Assembly: GCA_030704615.1 (NCBI GenBank)
Contig: CM060731.1
Location: forward strand, 18,724,001-18,788,000
Length of the DNA: 64,000 bases
Origin: Takakia lepidozioides
Taxonomy: Eukaryota > Plantae > Bryophyta
Direction: 5' to 3'
Within the stretch, counting starts at the first letter, position 1; each line of letters opens with the position of its first letter. Made by a program: the position numbers and the translations under genes. Under the pieces are notes generated by a model. That model saw only the letters and a list, made by a program, of their open reading frames with translations, was not told where the DNA came from and ran no database searches. Positions 50,357 to 63,347 of the stretch are shown here, in pieces.

Positions 50357-50661
50357 GGGACACTAAGCTCAAATAAGGGCCCTAGTCAATGAGAGGAGGG
50401 AATGTGAACAAATATACCCCGGTTCCAACGTTTTCGTAGGGTTGAAAAGAGTTTCGTTGAAAAACTCTTTTCCCAGGGAGCAATTGCATGATCCAAGCAG
50501 CCTATGATGGAATTATCAATCCAAAACCCTAGTTAGCTTTGTCCAACATATAATTGGTTACATCAATCCACCGACTAATATAAAGGCCACTTTAGACTAC
50601 AGACCAAAAGCCTGGTCCGGGGGCTTGGTTATATTAGGGCCCTTATTGAGCTTACTGTCCC
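50357..50661. mobile_element. MITE, possibly MULE-like
   Basis: TIRs GGGACACTAAGCTCAAATAAGGGCCCTA / TAGGGCCCTTATTGAGCTTACTGTCCC, flanked on both sides by TATTAATTAATA. Confidence 0.65.
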
Positions 50662-50997
50662 TATTAATTAATACATCTATGGTTCTTGTTTGCGTTTTCT
50701 TGGGGCCTGCGTGTGCAGAGCCCCCTAGGTACTGATTTGATAAGTAGTAACTTAGTAAGCAATAAGAGGCAGGGGGAGAGAGCCGGGCTCTCCTTTGTAT
50801 ACCATCTCAAGGTTAGGACCCTTCTGGAAGCCCACACACCCCCTCAAGCGGTGGGACCCTTCTAGAAGGCTGCATGTCACCCCTAGAAACCACCACGTGA
50901 CATGCTTATCCCAGTCTGGCGCCTGAATCATCCCCCATTTAATAGGTGTGGCCTTCTTACCTTCTTTTTCTTTACCCCTTTACATGATGGTTATTAA

Positions 50998-51823
50998 CCC
51001 TTAAGTTCCCAAGCCCTTTTTTGACTTTTTACCAATTTTGGGTACCCAGCTGCAGTAAATTGCCCCTAGAAACCTACCAAAAATCATCCACAGATTCCAG
51101 CCTTATAGCAATGGGCCCAGCTCATTTATGCATGACATACCAAAAAATGAGCCAAGTCCACTATGGAAATTGTGAGATTATAGCGTTGGCCCGGACCTCA
51201 AATATCAGGTCCCAAAGAAAAAGTGAGAAAGAAATAGGTTTGACCAAATCAAAACCTAGCTTTATCCAATTTTGCTTGCCCCAAGACCCACCATTTCCAA
51301 ATCAATAGTGGAGTGGCCATGACCCCACTAAATTGCAAGTCCAAATGATTTTTTCACCTATGCTTGCTATTCATGCAATTACATGGGGGTTGAAATCTCA
51401 AAATTGACAACAGAAAATGTGCCTCCAAATGAAGTACTTTTTTTTCTACAAATTTTTTAAAAGCTAACGGTGGATGTGTGTATGTAAAGCTCACCCACCA
51501 CAAGGTGAAGTGTTTTTTCCAAAATTGCTAATTTTCTGCCAAAAATGGCCTTTGGAGTGCAATCTGTTTTGGGCTTGTTTACCTGCCACGTCAGCGGTCA
51601 ACAGCCCATTTCAGGCCCCAAAATGTAAATTAAAGATCTAAGATATTTTTTGTAAGTCGCAGCTTTTGTTTTTTTTTTAATTTTGTTTTTTGCATCATAC
51701 TCGAGACAAATCCCTTGTCATTAAAGGTTCAGGAGTGGGCCCCATCATATTAGATCTGCAAAAATTAGGTCGACCCTGCAAATTCAAAGTGACCCGATTC
51801 AGGTCGCTTGGGAACTTAAGGGT
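50998..51823. mobile_element. piggyBac-like non-autonomous element
   Basis: TTAA TSD, perfect 17-bp TIR CCCTTAAGTTCCCAAGC; the paralogous arm has a single TTAA (about 48174). Confidence 0.85.
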
Positions 51824-52919
51824 TAATTCAAATCTTGGTGTAGCTTACTATAACCCCCGCTTTTTAATTCCTGAAACACCCTCTAATGGACAAGGCCCAT
51901 GCAAACTTGGGCAGGGGCTTATTGGTCCTAGATGCATATTAAAATATTAATATCATAGGGACCAAACTGGGTGTGCGTAAAGGCCTTGGACCAAGACCAA
52001 GAAACTTAAAGTGACCTTCCATCACATTCATCTTTCCCACTCAACATTCAAGATTGATTCTACCGGAAGGCCACGATCATTTGAGAAAAAACATACTTTA
52101 ATGTTTTTATTTTTAGTCTAGGGTCCAAGAATCAGTCTTCCAAATGACATGGGTTCCTTTCTTGGTCCGTAGACCAACAATCTCTTGCCCTAATCAACAC
52201 CACTTAGACGCCATGTCATTCCTAACTTTCTTGATCTTGGGTTGTAGTGTAAAGCCAATATGACTAAAAAAATACCTCAACAAATAGAATCGTTGCATTT
52301 TGAGTTGGTCTTGGTCTTGGTCTTGGATCGAAGTCTGAAGTAGCCCTAAGCCCCTTCCCCCAAATGGGATTGGGGGCTAAACCAATTACCGACAGCCAAA
52401 TTAGTATTAGGGTCTAAAAACCATTAGGTTTAACATGTAAAAATAGAGGAGGTACGTGATAAGCGAAATAAAGGATTGTTGGCCAAATCGTTCTTTGCCG
52501 ATTAACACTTTATACATCAGGCATTGTATCGCGTGAGCACAACCCACAGTCATGGGTGTTTTATCTTTTTTAATCCCCGGTCATATGAGTTACATGTTTT
52601 CAAAACGAATATATAAACTCTAATTCAACCAGGGTTTCTCAAGGCAAAACCCTGAGTAGTATAGGCAAATACCCTAAACCTATAGTAGCGGCAGCAGTTG
52701 AGGGTTTTGCTTTCAGAAACCCTTGGTGATATAGCTTAAATCAAAACTTTTCATCTTAAGTCTTGATAAATTTGGATTTTTCAATTTTGCCCCGATTTTA
52801 GGTGTCGGTAACGTTTTTTGGGGGGGGGGTTGAAAGGTAAGTGTGACAGGAAGTGTCCATGTCCCCCGGAAATCACACGCATGAAAAAAATTCAATTAAC
52901 TTGTATTTTAGTAATTTTC

Positions 52920-52992
52920 AATGGTCGTCACGTCGCCGTCGGCACGGCGACGGTGGGACGGTCGTGCGACCGCGGATAATGTAAACGTAGTG
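52920..52992. mobile_element. Possible CACTA/EnSpm terminus
   Basis: Ends in ...ACGTAGTG (reverse complement CACTACGT) with CGACGG/CCGTCG subterminal motifs; partner end not found. Confidence 0.4.
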
Positions 52993-54444
52993 TTTACTGT
53001 GAATTCTTAGGTCGAAACAACCCCCTACCACTTGAGGACTTGAGCCATTATCCTAATAACTTACAATGGTTTTTGTCAGCTCCGATAAAAAATCTTCAGT
53101 TTGACCTTGGGGAGTGGATTTGGAGATTTAAAGATCACGTCCCTTTTTTTTATTATAATGTCAAGCTAGGCTATTCCCTGCTTTGATAGAAATGGATCGT
53201 GAATGCAAAATGGACCTCCAAGTGGGCACACCTTTTAGGCTTCCCTACAAATTTGAAACCTATCCCATCTAATGTATGGAGAAAGGATAGTAGATCTTCT
53301 AAGATATCAATTTTCCTTCGGAATTGGCCAACAGCAAGAGTGCGATAATGTTTAAAGTTCACTAAGAACTTATGTCTAAGGCTCGGAAAGCATGGAAGGT
53401 GTTTGTTGCAACTCTTTTCAGATGTGGAGATTGAAGGCGTGTAGAATTACTCGAGGGCTTTGACGCTTCTTGGGGACATTGTGGCTGCTCTGCACAAGGA
53501 CTTCAGATACATGAATTTCTTGGAACGACTCCATCCCAACATGTTGGCAGCTCTATTGTGCTATAAAGTCTACTTGTTGATGGAAATGATTCGGATGTCA
53601 ATTGGCACCGTAGCCTTAGGAATGGCAAGTCAAAGGCTCAACTTTATTTCGATCAACCTAGTTGGTAGGTTTTCTCTTGGATCAGGCTCGGCTCTTGTCT
53701 AGGTCCCTGATTCTTATTTTCTTCTGCTTCTTTAGCTGTGGTGGAGCGGTTCTCCTTAGTTACAGAGTGGCGCCTCTTTTGTTTGCCTCCGTGGCTTCTT
53801 AGCAATGATATTTTTTCCTTGCCCTCTTCTAATATATTCAGGGCTTCAACACCCTTTATTTTTATTTTTCAAAAAATGTTTCAAGGGTTCGAGTTTCGTT
53901 TTGCGAGATTATCCATGGGTGAGGATCTTAAAGGTGACACTACCCACTATCTCGCCTATTATGGAAAGGGCATGTTATCGTGTGAGCAAAATCGGGCTAC
54001 TATAGGGTAACTTGTTTATCATGTATAAGGGTTACTTGTTCCTTATGTGTTGTGATTAGTGCTCATGTGAACAACTAAAAATAGTTTCATGGGTTTTGAG
54101 TTTCACAAATTATAAGTTTCGCTATGGAATATTTTCTAGGGAATATACATAATATTCCCTCATTATGGTCAGGAGGTGGTTTTTCTGCCATTTTTGCCTC
54201 TCCGTTAAATGGCAGAATATTCGAGTAGGTAGCAGAATGCCCCAATAGGTCGCATAATGCACGAGTAGTTGGCAGAATGCTCGGGTCCTCCATGTTTTGG
54301 GCAGTTGTTGTGGCGGGCAGGTATTTAAGTGTTTTGTGAGGCAAGTATGACGTTTCATCTACTTCACTGTTTCCTCTACTTGCATGCAACTTGGCAAACC
54401 TCAACATTCGTGCTATGATTCATGAAATTCTCTCTGAAAGATAA

Positions 54445-54585
54445 CAGGTTCCCAATAAAGCCACAGTCCTCTATGTTCTCAAGGCATGTATCATCCTAGG
54501 CAAAGAGGTCCATGTTGACATCGTCAGAGATGGAGTTGCTCCGGCTCTGGAGACTAATTCCCTTGCTACTATGTATACAACATGA
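54445..54585 (+). pseudogene. PLS-PPR gene fragment inside YR element 2
   Basis: VPNKATVLYVLKACIILGKEVHVDIVRDG...LETNSLATMY resembles L/S repeats of the PPR at 39270-39420. Confidence 0.65.
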
Positions 54586-55079
54586 CATTTTTAAACAGAA
54601 ATTGAAGTGCTTCAAAGTTGAGCATAAAAGTGTATTTGGCTGAGATAGGCCGAGACATAGAAAACATGTTCCCTAACTTCAGCAGAGGGTGACCAACAAA
54701 TTGGTGCATGCTAATCATTATTTATCATGTGCACAACAGCTGCAGCTCTAGCAAGATAACATAGACCTAATTTCACATTTACCAAGGCCTTGAATGACTA
54801 AATGGCATATGACAGATGAAGACTTAAAGAACGGCTTTCTCCCAGTCAAGATAACACAGCCAGATCGGCTTGTATTCAAGTGATCAAGTTTCGAGCAAAT
54901 TTATAACTGTTGAAGTCCTAAATTTTGGACTGTATTAGGTTACTCGGTACTACAAGTGAACAGAGAAACTAACACGTAACCAAGAAACAAGTCACAAGAA
55001 CAGTTTGTATGATCACGGTCTCATGATCAAAATGTAATTCAACATCATGTCAAGTGCAACTAAAAGTGAAACTAATCAA

Positions 55080-57252
55080 TTATCCATCGCGCTTTTTGAG
55101 CACAGTTTTGAGGAGATCAACTGCAGCAACATTACTGTTACTATTTATGTTGAGCGTGATATTGTAGATCCGCCCGGAATTAGTCACTGTCGACGAAACT
55201 GTAGACGTGGAAGGAAGATTTGACCCCAAGCGTCGAGCAATAGCTAAGTCAAGATTCTTGAGGACGGTTTCATCAGACCAAAAGTCATCAATATCAACAA
55301 CTCGAGGATTATCAATAGAAGCCTCTTCTGCAAGGGTTCCGTTTGAACTCACAGGAGGAACTGATGACACACTTGAGTTTTTTGTTTCAGTTGCTCTTGT
55401 TGAGTTAACAATATCAACTACAGATAGCAAGCTTCGTCACAGATGGCTGTGTGGTCGATGAGACAGATTCGTCACCTTTAACTTTGTTCATGATGATTTC
55501 TTGATATTTTTTGCATTGATAGGCTATCGCAGCCTCCCAGCTCCCATCTCCCATCCCAAGAACACATCCAACGACGTTTTGCAGAGCCTTTTGTATCATA
55601 TCTTCTTCAATGTTGTCATACCTCATATAACCGCCCTCGGATAAATGCCATGTCGTCATCATGCCATATCGCACGGGAACACCCATTGCATTCATTCGGC
55701 TTATGGCAGCTGTACGAGGTGTTTTGTTTGTAACTCTTACATCAGCTAATTCAGGGATGTCTGTAGTCATCATCTTAAGCCATATGCTGATAGGGGAATG
55801 ACACACGGATCTTTGAGTACCACTGGTGTGAAGTGCCACAACAACAAGTTAGGCCATCAAATGAAAATCAACAGTCACAAGTGTTTTAAACAATATTCGA
55901 AATTGTCACTATAATATAGCTAGACTAAAATAGTCAAGTTTAAGTCGAAATATAAGAATGAGACATAGCGTTGCATGCTGAAAAATATGTCTTAGATTTA
56001 TCATCACTTGAGGATTCTTGGGATTGCCATCGATTGCACGTAAAAACAGAGGGTGCGGGCCTAGTTTGTCTTCGTTCCATTCAGGAAGATGTGAGTAATA
56101 AAGCTTGAAGGTGTCAACCAAATCTGGCAGATTCTTCATCACATATTTTTGGAGACGTTCCGATTGACAATAATTGAGGTCCACTTTATGATTCTTGCTG
56201 TTTCTCTCGTCAAATCTCACAAGCTCTCCCTCATAATCCTTTCCGAACTCGAAGTCCACATCTGCAAGATTGTACAACTCGGATTGTCCTCTTATGCCAA
56301 ATTGTAGGGTACAATAAAAAGCCACTCTGAGTTGGAGACCGCGTTTGTCTGTCTTTGCTAATATTGGTTGTGCAAGAATCTGAAGTTGCTGCTCAGGTGT
56401 CAAGCCAGCTATGCTTTCTTTTTCGTCCAATTCCTTGTACAACAGACCTTTTCACATCTTCTTGGCAAGATAGACATGACTTCTTGAAACGTGGATCTGT
56501 AAGAATATGAAATTCTTCCACGACTTTGCCAGTAGCAACAGATTTGGCTTCACAATTTGCGCGGATAATCCCTCCAATTGCACAAAGCAGTCCTACCAAT
56601 GTTTCACTAGGATAAAGGCTTCCATCCGTTTTCTGAACCTGTAAAAAAAATATACTCAACAACTCTAGAAGGTCCATAGTCTGTGTCTCAAAAAACTCTT
56701 CAATTGTAAGAGATGTTGATCGGCCCGTGACAGACCTCCAATCATGAAAACGCTTTTTAGCCCACTTTTCTACATTTGAAGAGTAACGACTGCCTCCTTT
56801 TGCCACTTCAGAGATTTCTTTTTCATCAAGCGACCTGAAGCCTCTAGCCAAGACGTCTATACTTGAAGTAGCTGCAGTTTTGTTTGTAATCTGTTCTTGT
56901 AGTCCCTCTCGATTTTGGACTTGCACGCCCTCATTGCTTTGAACTTGTGGTTCTACTTGGTCCTAAATTTCTTCAATAGCGGATTTAGCTCCTTCAAAGT
57001 AATTCACAAGCATACTGTCAATTTCTCCCGATCAGGTGAATTGAAGTCTGGCAACTTAACATGCTCCGTCCTGTGAGGAGAAAATGAAACTCCAAGATCA
57101 AAGCTGGGATGGTTTGTGATGAAAAGAGCTAGTGTCCTGATCTCAACAACATCTTTGGTGGCAGACTGCACATTCTGTTTAGGAGCAAGGTTCGTAATGT
57201 TGTCGAAAACAAGGCGACCATCAAAGGCGCCCCTTAATCTCTTCAGCAACAT
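55080..57252 (-). pseudogene. DUF3504-like tyrosine recombinase, frameshifted, with a 185-bp intron (55823-56007)
   Basis: GIRGQSEL, SKNH, TNKTPR, TWHLS, YMRY; colinear with the copy 1 protein (LYPSETLV, DPRFKK, GIGRKRK, DDFW). Confidence 0.8.
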
Positions 57253-59431
57253 TCATACTGTTGGAGCCCACCTCCAGCATGTCATGTGAGATGGGTGCAA
57301 CTTCTTCTGCCATGATAAGTATGCAACTGCAAAAATTACATGACCTTGATCGAAAATGTTGGAGAAAAAAGAACAAAACCTGCGCTCAAAATAATGATGG
57401 GAAAAAACCACCTCTGACCATAACGCGATGGAACGGTCGGGGCCGGGCCATTCTGCCCCCTGAGCTACCCAGCCGTGAATTTTGGCGGGGCAGAATGGCC
57501 CGGCCCTGACCGTTCCATAGCACGTGATACCCAATCTCTCACACGTCATCCCAATGAGCGCCTAAAACCAGCAGCCAAACCAATTTTGGCAGCTTATTTC
57601 ATGGCTTAATTTGATGATAGGCTATTTTTGGCCAAAGAGAAGAGAGAGAGAGAGAAGACTCCGGCCGAAGTCGACGTATTTGCTATGTGGCCACTTCTTT
57701 TTGGCATAATGGCCTTCACCGGGACTTTAAGATGCTATTTTATCTATAATGAGAAGCAATGGTTCTTTTTACTATGCTCTCTTGGTTCTTCCCTCTCTTG
57801 CTCAGCTTGGGCATATTTGCTTCATGGCCAATTGGGATTTTGTTTTTTTCCCTCACCTAATAAAGTGGAACCAGGGCCACTGTCCCCTATTCACTAAAGT
57901 AAAAATATTTAAAAATAAATAAATAAAATCTCTGATATCCGGGCCACACATGACATGTGCATTGCCTCAACGCAGTTCCCATTACGGGGGCCTTTGGTAC
58001 GCGACAGTGTCAAGTCATTCCTAGCTCCTACATTGCTGGCGGGGTGTCCACACGACATAGTTTTCTAACGTAGGAGAAACTAGGGTATGTCAAGATATTT
58101 TACCACTAGTGTGAAACTAGCTAAGAAATAGTTAATTTTGATATATTGACATTTGGGATTGATCCAAGTGTCAATCCAGGGACCAATGTATGTTTGGGTA
58201 CCGGACGGGGTTATTTTCACGGCAGAGCGCGGTGGGCTCATCTTTCTCGAGTTGAGCCTCACTGCGTCTAGCTATAGCGCCGCAGTGTGGATTCCCCATG
58301 GCGTGGCATGCACTTGGCTCGACTTAATATATGAGTGATATTTTTTATGTACAAGTGTGTGAGTTTGAGAGAGCTTGTGTGCTTCTATCCTTCTTCTTTA
58401 TCACTCGAGAAAGATCAGCTCGACTCTGTGAGTGCCAGGTTCGAGTTAGTTGTAGCACTTATGTTTCCAGATGAGAAACTACCCAGCTTAGAGTGCAGGG
58501 ACCCGTGCATGAGCCTATCCAAAGCGGATAGGATGCAAAGGCGAACATGTTGCAGGTTTGCAATGGAAAGAGAGACGGTCAGCCTGTGTTGAAGAGCGGC
58601 GTTGTATAGCTCAACGCTACGGCAACCAAGTTTGGGCTTCTAGTGTGAAGCGGAGGAGATGCTGGCCATAGAGAGCCATTGATTGCTGACCCGAAAGCAC
58701 TTGCTTTGGGGCCCATGAACTGCATGTATGATTATGGTGTGGAAGAATAGAAGACCAAGCTAGAGGGCTGGTTCTTCTCTTGTTCAAATCAGTGCACTTG
58801 TGAAGCATGTGCTGAGTTGGAGTTTCAATCTGAAACTCAGCAGTGTAAGGGCTCTTAGAGTGGCAAGAGCGGGGCTTGAAGGGCAGCAGCGAGGCGCCCT
58901 AAAGCCAGGGAATACGCATGAGAAACCTAGGCACACCAAGGTTGTAAAGGTGTGTATTTTCAGATTTGTTTTTGTGAGCTTTACGAAGAAAGACAAATTT
59001 TTGGGCAATGGATAGTTTGTTTGTTGAGTTTGGGGTGCTTCTGGCGGGCCGTGAGAGCTCAAGAGAGCATGACATCAGATCTGGGGGCTTCGCGGAAGCC
59101 ATAGCTGGTCGGCAGCAGATGCAGAGGCAAACCCCAGCTCGGGGAGAGCTCGGGAACGTGTGGGAACGTCCTGGAAGCGATCGGGAACGCATGGGAACTT
59201 GTGGGGAGTTCCAGGGAATGCAGGGAACAGTGGCTGTGACCGTGGTCGTGGCCGTGATGGGCCGTGGGGGTGGTATCACGAGATACCACGAGCCCAGGCC
59301 GTGACTGTTGACCGTGACCGTGGGATATCACGGGGTAGCTCGTGGGCAGCGTATGCCTAGGGCGGGCCGTGAGAAGTCGTGGTGTTGAGGGCCACAGAAG
59401 GCCGCGGACACGCTGAGTGAGAAGGAAAAAA

Positions 59432-59439
<8 letters not shown>

Positions 59440-59496
<57 letters not shown>
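59440..59496. repeat. (TA)n microsatellite
   Basis: Direct inspection. Confidence 0.95.
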
Positions 59497-59499
<3 letters not shown>

Positions 59500-60630
59500 T
59501 CATTCATGTCGTGGGACGTTGATGGGGAGGCTGGGCTCTGAAAAACAACAATTTTGAGCTAGCTGATCTGGCAGAAAAAGTCAGAATTGCCTCCCTGTTG
59601 CGTTTTAACAAAGGGGGTTACCTCCCTGCAGGTAATCTTTTGGGTTTTTCTTAACTAGGGGGAGACCAACCTGCAGGTAATTCCTTTGGACAAAATGTTG
59701 TTGGGGCCTATATGTACCTCCATTTGCTCCACTTTTGAACCTTCAGCGAATGGCGTGGTTTCCTAAGGTGGTTTCATTCTGAGGAATGGCTGGTGGATAT
59801 AAGGAGGCACTGGCGGACCATGTGGAGGCTTGCATGGGGCCTTGGAGGCCAAGTTTCATGAGCTCGTGGAGGGCGGTTTGAGGAGTGTCTACATGATGCT
59901 CCCCGTGGTCATGCAAGTGAGAGAAGAGAGGAAAAAAGAGGGTGTTGGGATGAGAGTGTGCTGGGGATAGACATTGCTTTAGCTTCCATTCCTCATAGCT
60001 TTCCACCTTCTCTGTAGGCCGAGACCTTTCCGTAGGTGGAGGCAAGAGTGAGTCCGGGTTTGGGCTGGGTTGCAGGAGCGACACTGTGGAGAGAGATTTT
60101 TGGTGTGGGGGAGTTGTTGTCTTCATTTCTTGTGTTTGGATCCCCTCCACACCTGCATGCTTGATTGTGCGCCATGCTAGTTTTGTGTGGGCACTTGTTT
60201 TTATAGGTGGTTGGCTCGGGCTTGATCGTCGATCCGACCCTAGAGCATGCTGTCTATGGTGAGGCTGGGTTAATGACCAGTCAGACCATCTTTGTTTCTC
60301 CTTGGTGAGGTTGGAGGTGATGACTAGCCGACCATAGGAATGCCTGCGGTGGATGCAGGTGCAGGTGCAGGTTATGTTAGGAACCTAGTATTCCAAACCA
60401 TAAGCCGCATCAGATTCTCTACCCGGTTACCTTGTAGAGAGGGGGCTAGGGACATATTCATGACCGGTTGAGTGTCAATTTGTCAATACGGAGGTGCTAC
60501 CAGTTGCTGGGGAAAGTGCCGGTACGAGCACTAGCGATACTAGTGGGTACACGAGACGAGGTGTGCGGTTTAGGCCACCTTCACCTCCTGTGTCTTCTAC
60601 GGAAGGTTCTGATTCGGATTGTGAATCAGG

Positions 60631-61152
60631 ATGTATTGGTCACCCGACTATGTCTCCATCACTAGAGGCACTAGAGGGACAAGGGCAGCAGCCACACCGG
60701 CAGCTTCCACAAGCAACAGTAGGACTAGTGGTACAGAGACTGGGACGTCCACCCAAGCTTCTGTTGCACCAGCACTAGTGCCCGCGCCTGTCTTCAACCC
60801 GGTTGTGGAGTTCTTCGAAGAGTTGAGAAGAAACTACCAAGGGGTGATGAAAGAGAAGTTGCGGAGCTCGCAAGAGTTCAAGAGGAAGCCTACTGAGAGA
60901 TTGAGGGAGGCTTTCACTCGCATGAGGCGCTTGATAAATATAACCCAAGGGGTTACGGAGGCTCAGACAGTCCAATTCTGGTATGAGATATTGGACAAGG
61001 AGTTGAGGAGAAGGGTGCGGGATGCAACTTTCCTACAAGTGGCCCAACCCACCTTAGCAAATGTGTTTTTGCTGGTAGAGCGGATAAAGCTCAGCATGGT
61101 GGAGCTAGTGGCTGTACTAGTGGTGGCTAGTGGTTGCCTAGTGGCAGCCTAG
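60631..61152 (+). mobile_element. Retrotransposon gag fragment
   Basis: EFKRKPTERLREAFTRMRRL...QTVQFWYEILDKELRRRV resembles the retrotransposon gag major homology region. Confidence 0.55.
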
Positions 61153-61466
61153 TGGTGGACTAGTGGTGGACTAATGATAGACTAGTGTTTGGTGTGCACA
61201 TGTGTTGTGTGGTTTTGGACAACAATATAGTTGTGTAGCAATATGTATGCGCACGACAGGTAGAAGCACCGTTCCTGGCGCATGTGCCCCGTAGTGGCGC
61301 TCAAAAGTGCGCCCACGATGCAAGAAAGTATGCCCATTTTTGGAACGTGTCACGGTGGGGTACGCCATGATAGGCCAACAAGCTTACCCAAAGAGGAATG
61401 AACTACACTACACCATTCATGAAATCACTTTACACTCAAATTATCCTAGGTAGATGAACTTTATTG

Positions 61467-61711
61467 AAATTTGTTCCAACTACAAAATCTGGGGCTCACC
61501 AAGAGCTTTCCAATGGTATCTTTATTTCCTAAAATGGTTAAAATGGTTAAAATCCAAGATACCAAACGAGCAATATATCTTGTGCACCTGAAATTTGTTC
61601 CAACTACAGAATCTGGGGCTCACCAAGAGCTTTCCAATGGTATCTTTATTTCCTAAAATGGTTAAAATGGTTAAAATCCAAGATACCAAACGAGCAATAT
61701 ATCTTGTGCAC
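61467..61711. repeat. Near-perfect 122-bp tandem duplication (a third diverged unit at about 61765-61825)
   Basis: GAAATTTGTTCCAACTACA...ATCTTGTGCACC occurs twice. Confidence 0.9.
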
Positions 61712-62569
61712 CACGATCGGCCCACTTGTTTTACCCTTAAATTGCTATAGGTAGATGTCCTCTAATGAAAATTGCTCCAACTACACAAAGATGGGCCACA
61801 TTAAGCGCTTTCCAATGGTATTTGTTTTTGGTTACCATCTCAGGTAGAAAAGATATTAATGAGATATGAATGAGTCATGATAGGAACAAGGTGCGCCACA
61901 TGCTGACCGCTGACATCCTCTACTTCTATCCACTTTTAATAGCAGATAAAGTCAAAATCTCGTTTAACTTTCAACTAAGAAAAATTGTGTTATCTTAAGA
62001 GTTTTCTGTTAAGGTCTTACATGATCTCATAGGTGAAAAGCACAAAAAGTTATTATATTTACCCATTTTCCTGCGCCATGAAGAGTGCTTCTACCTTAGG
62101 TTATGGTTACGGAGATGGAAGTGCGTGCCTTGAATGTTGCAAAATATAGTAGGGCATCAGGAGTGTGGGAAGGCGCTGCGAGAGCAGGAAAAGGAGGAAA
62201 TAACTCTATCATGACATCACCCTTGTACCTTGCTGGATCTTAGCTATCAATGCATAGTGTTCAAACTCGGTCCACCAAACAAGGATGGGCTACTATGGGG
62301 AAGTGTGACCGCTTGCCTTGCAGCGTAGACGCAGTTCCCGACACGTGTCTTGCCAACGGAGGCAAATGTCATGTGTGGCCGGGCTATGAGGGCCATGGTC
62401 CCTCTTCATAAAAAAATAAAAAATAAAAAATGGTATAGTGCTGGCAAAAGAAGGTTGCAATCGTTTGCTTCGTTGTTGCAATTCCAACAATTTTACATTC
62501 TTTTCCTAACGTGAGCATATATATATTTATATTTAAATATCCTTAAAAATATGTGGAATATACAGCATC

Positions 62570-63030
62570 AACATATGACCAAGTGGTTAGTAGGGGAAGC
62601 CGCCTTGGAAATTGTTGGGTTAGGCAATTGCGTTGCTCCTCCGGCCTTTTGAAGGTGCCCCCACCTTTCAAATGGAAGACAATAGTTCTTCGGGATGAAA
62701 TGACACCATAAGTTACGCTTGCTTGCTTCGGCAAGAGTATTCCTTCCTTTTGTGAAATATCTTTTTGCTTTGGGCTTTAGAAGGTGTCAAATGTCCTAGC
62801 CTTGGGGATGAAGTGACGCCAGCAGTTACACTTGCTTTGGCAAGAGTATTTCCTCCTTTTGTGGAAAATCTATTTTTGCCATACATAGCAACGACTACGC
62901 GAGCATGTCGTAACTTACCTCCTTCACAACGAAATGAAAGAGAAAGAGCCAGACATGACTTTGGCCCCCCCCCCCGGGAACTTAGAGCCACTTCACGCGG
63001 TTACTGCCCCTTCCGGGGGTGGACCCTATA
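62570..63030. mobile_element. Cluster of degenerate SINE bodies (62650-62745 +, 62780-62850 +, 62955-63030 -)
   Basis: Shared GAA.TGACACC/ATAAGTTAC or GAAGTGGCTCT motif and hairpins. Confidence 0.5.
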
Positions 63031-63347
63031 GTTAGATGAAGTGACCTCTACGCACACCTCTGTCTCTGCCCTGCATTGCATTTTCTTCCGACCTTGTAAC
63101 ACCCCAAATTGTGAGCTGCACCTTGAGAGGAAGGGCGAATTCCATTATGCTCAAAACACGTCAATGAAATGACACTATAATTTACACTTCTTTTGAGAAG
63201 AATCATTCTTGGTGAACTTGGTTATACGTATCGGCGAATGAAAATTCTTTGGATAACTTTTCACATAATGAAAAAATCAGGACCTAATTAGTAGAAAATG
63301 TTTTGAAATATAGTGTACCCTTATTGGGCCTGCCACGGGTTCGAACC

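Larger units (their letters stand above)
48082..51922. mobile_element. Composite element bounded by inverted repeats of about 400 bp (48082-48484; 50663-50997 plus 51828-51922), with nested insertions
   Basis: Arms are reverse complements, and each contains a TATA-like box (GGTATATAAAGG / GGTATACAAAGG). Confidence 0.7.
54162..57521 (-). mobile_element. Tyrosine-recombinase DNA transposon (Crypton/DUF3504-like), divergent copy 2
   Basis: Same A>..<A|B>..<B terminal layout as copy 1; homologous 5' terminus; degenerate YR gene. Confidence 0.8.

Noticed and set aside
54121-54160. GCTATGGAA copy plus a small hairpin just outside YR element 2, as an alternative terminus
   Set aside because: Only a 9-bp match and no equivalent in copy 1; the internal junction copy points to 54162.
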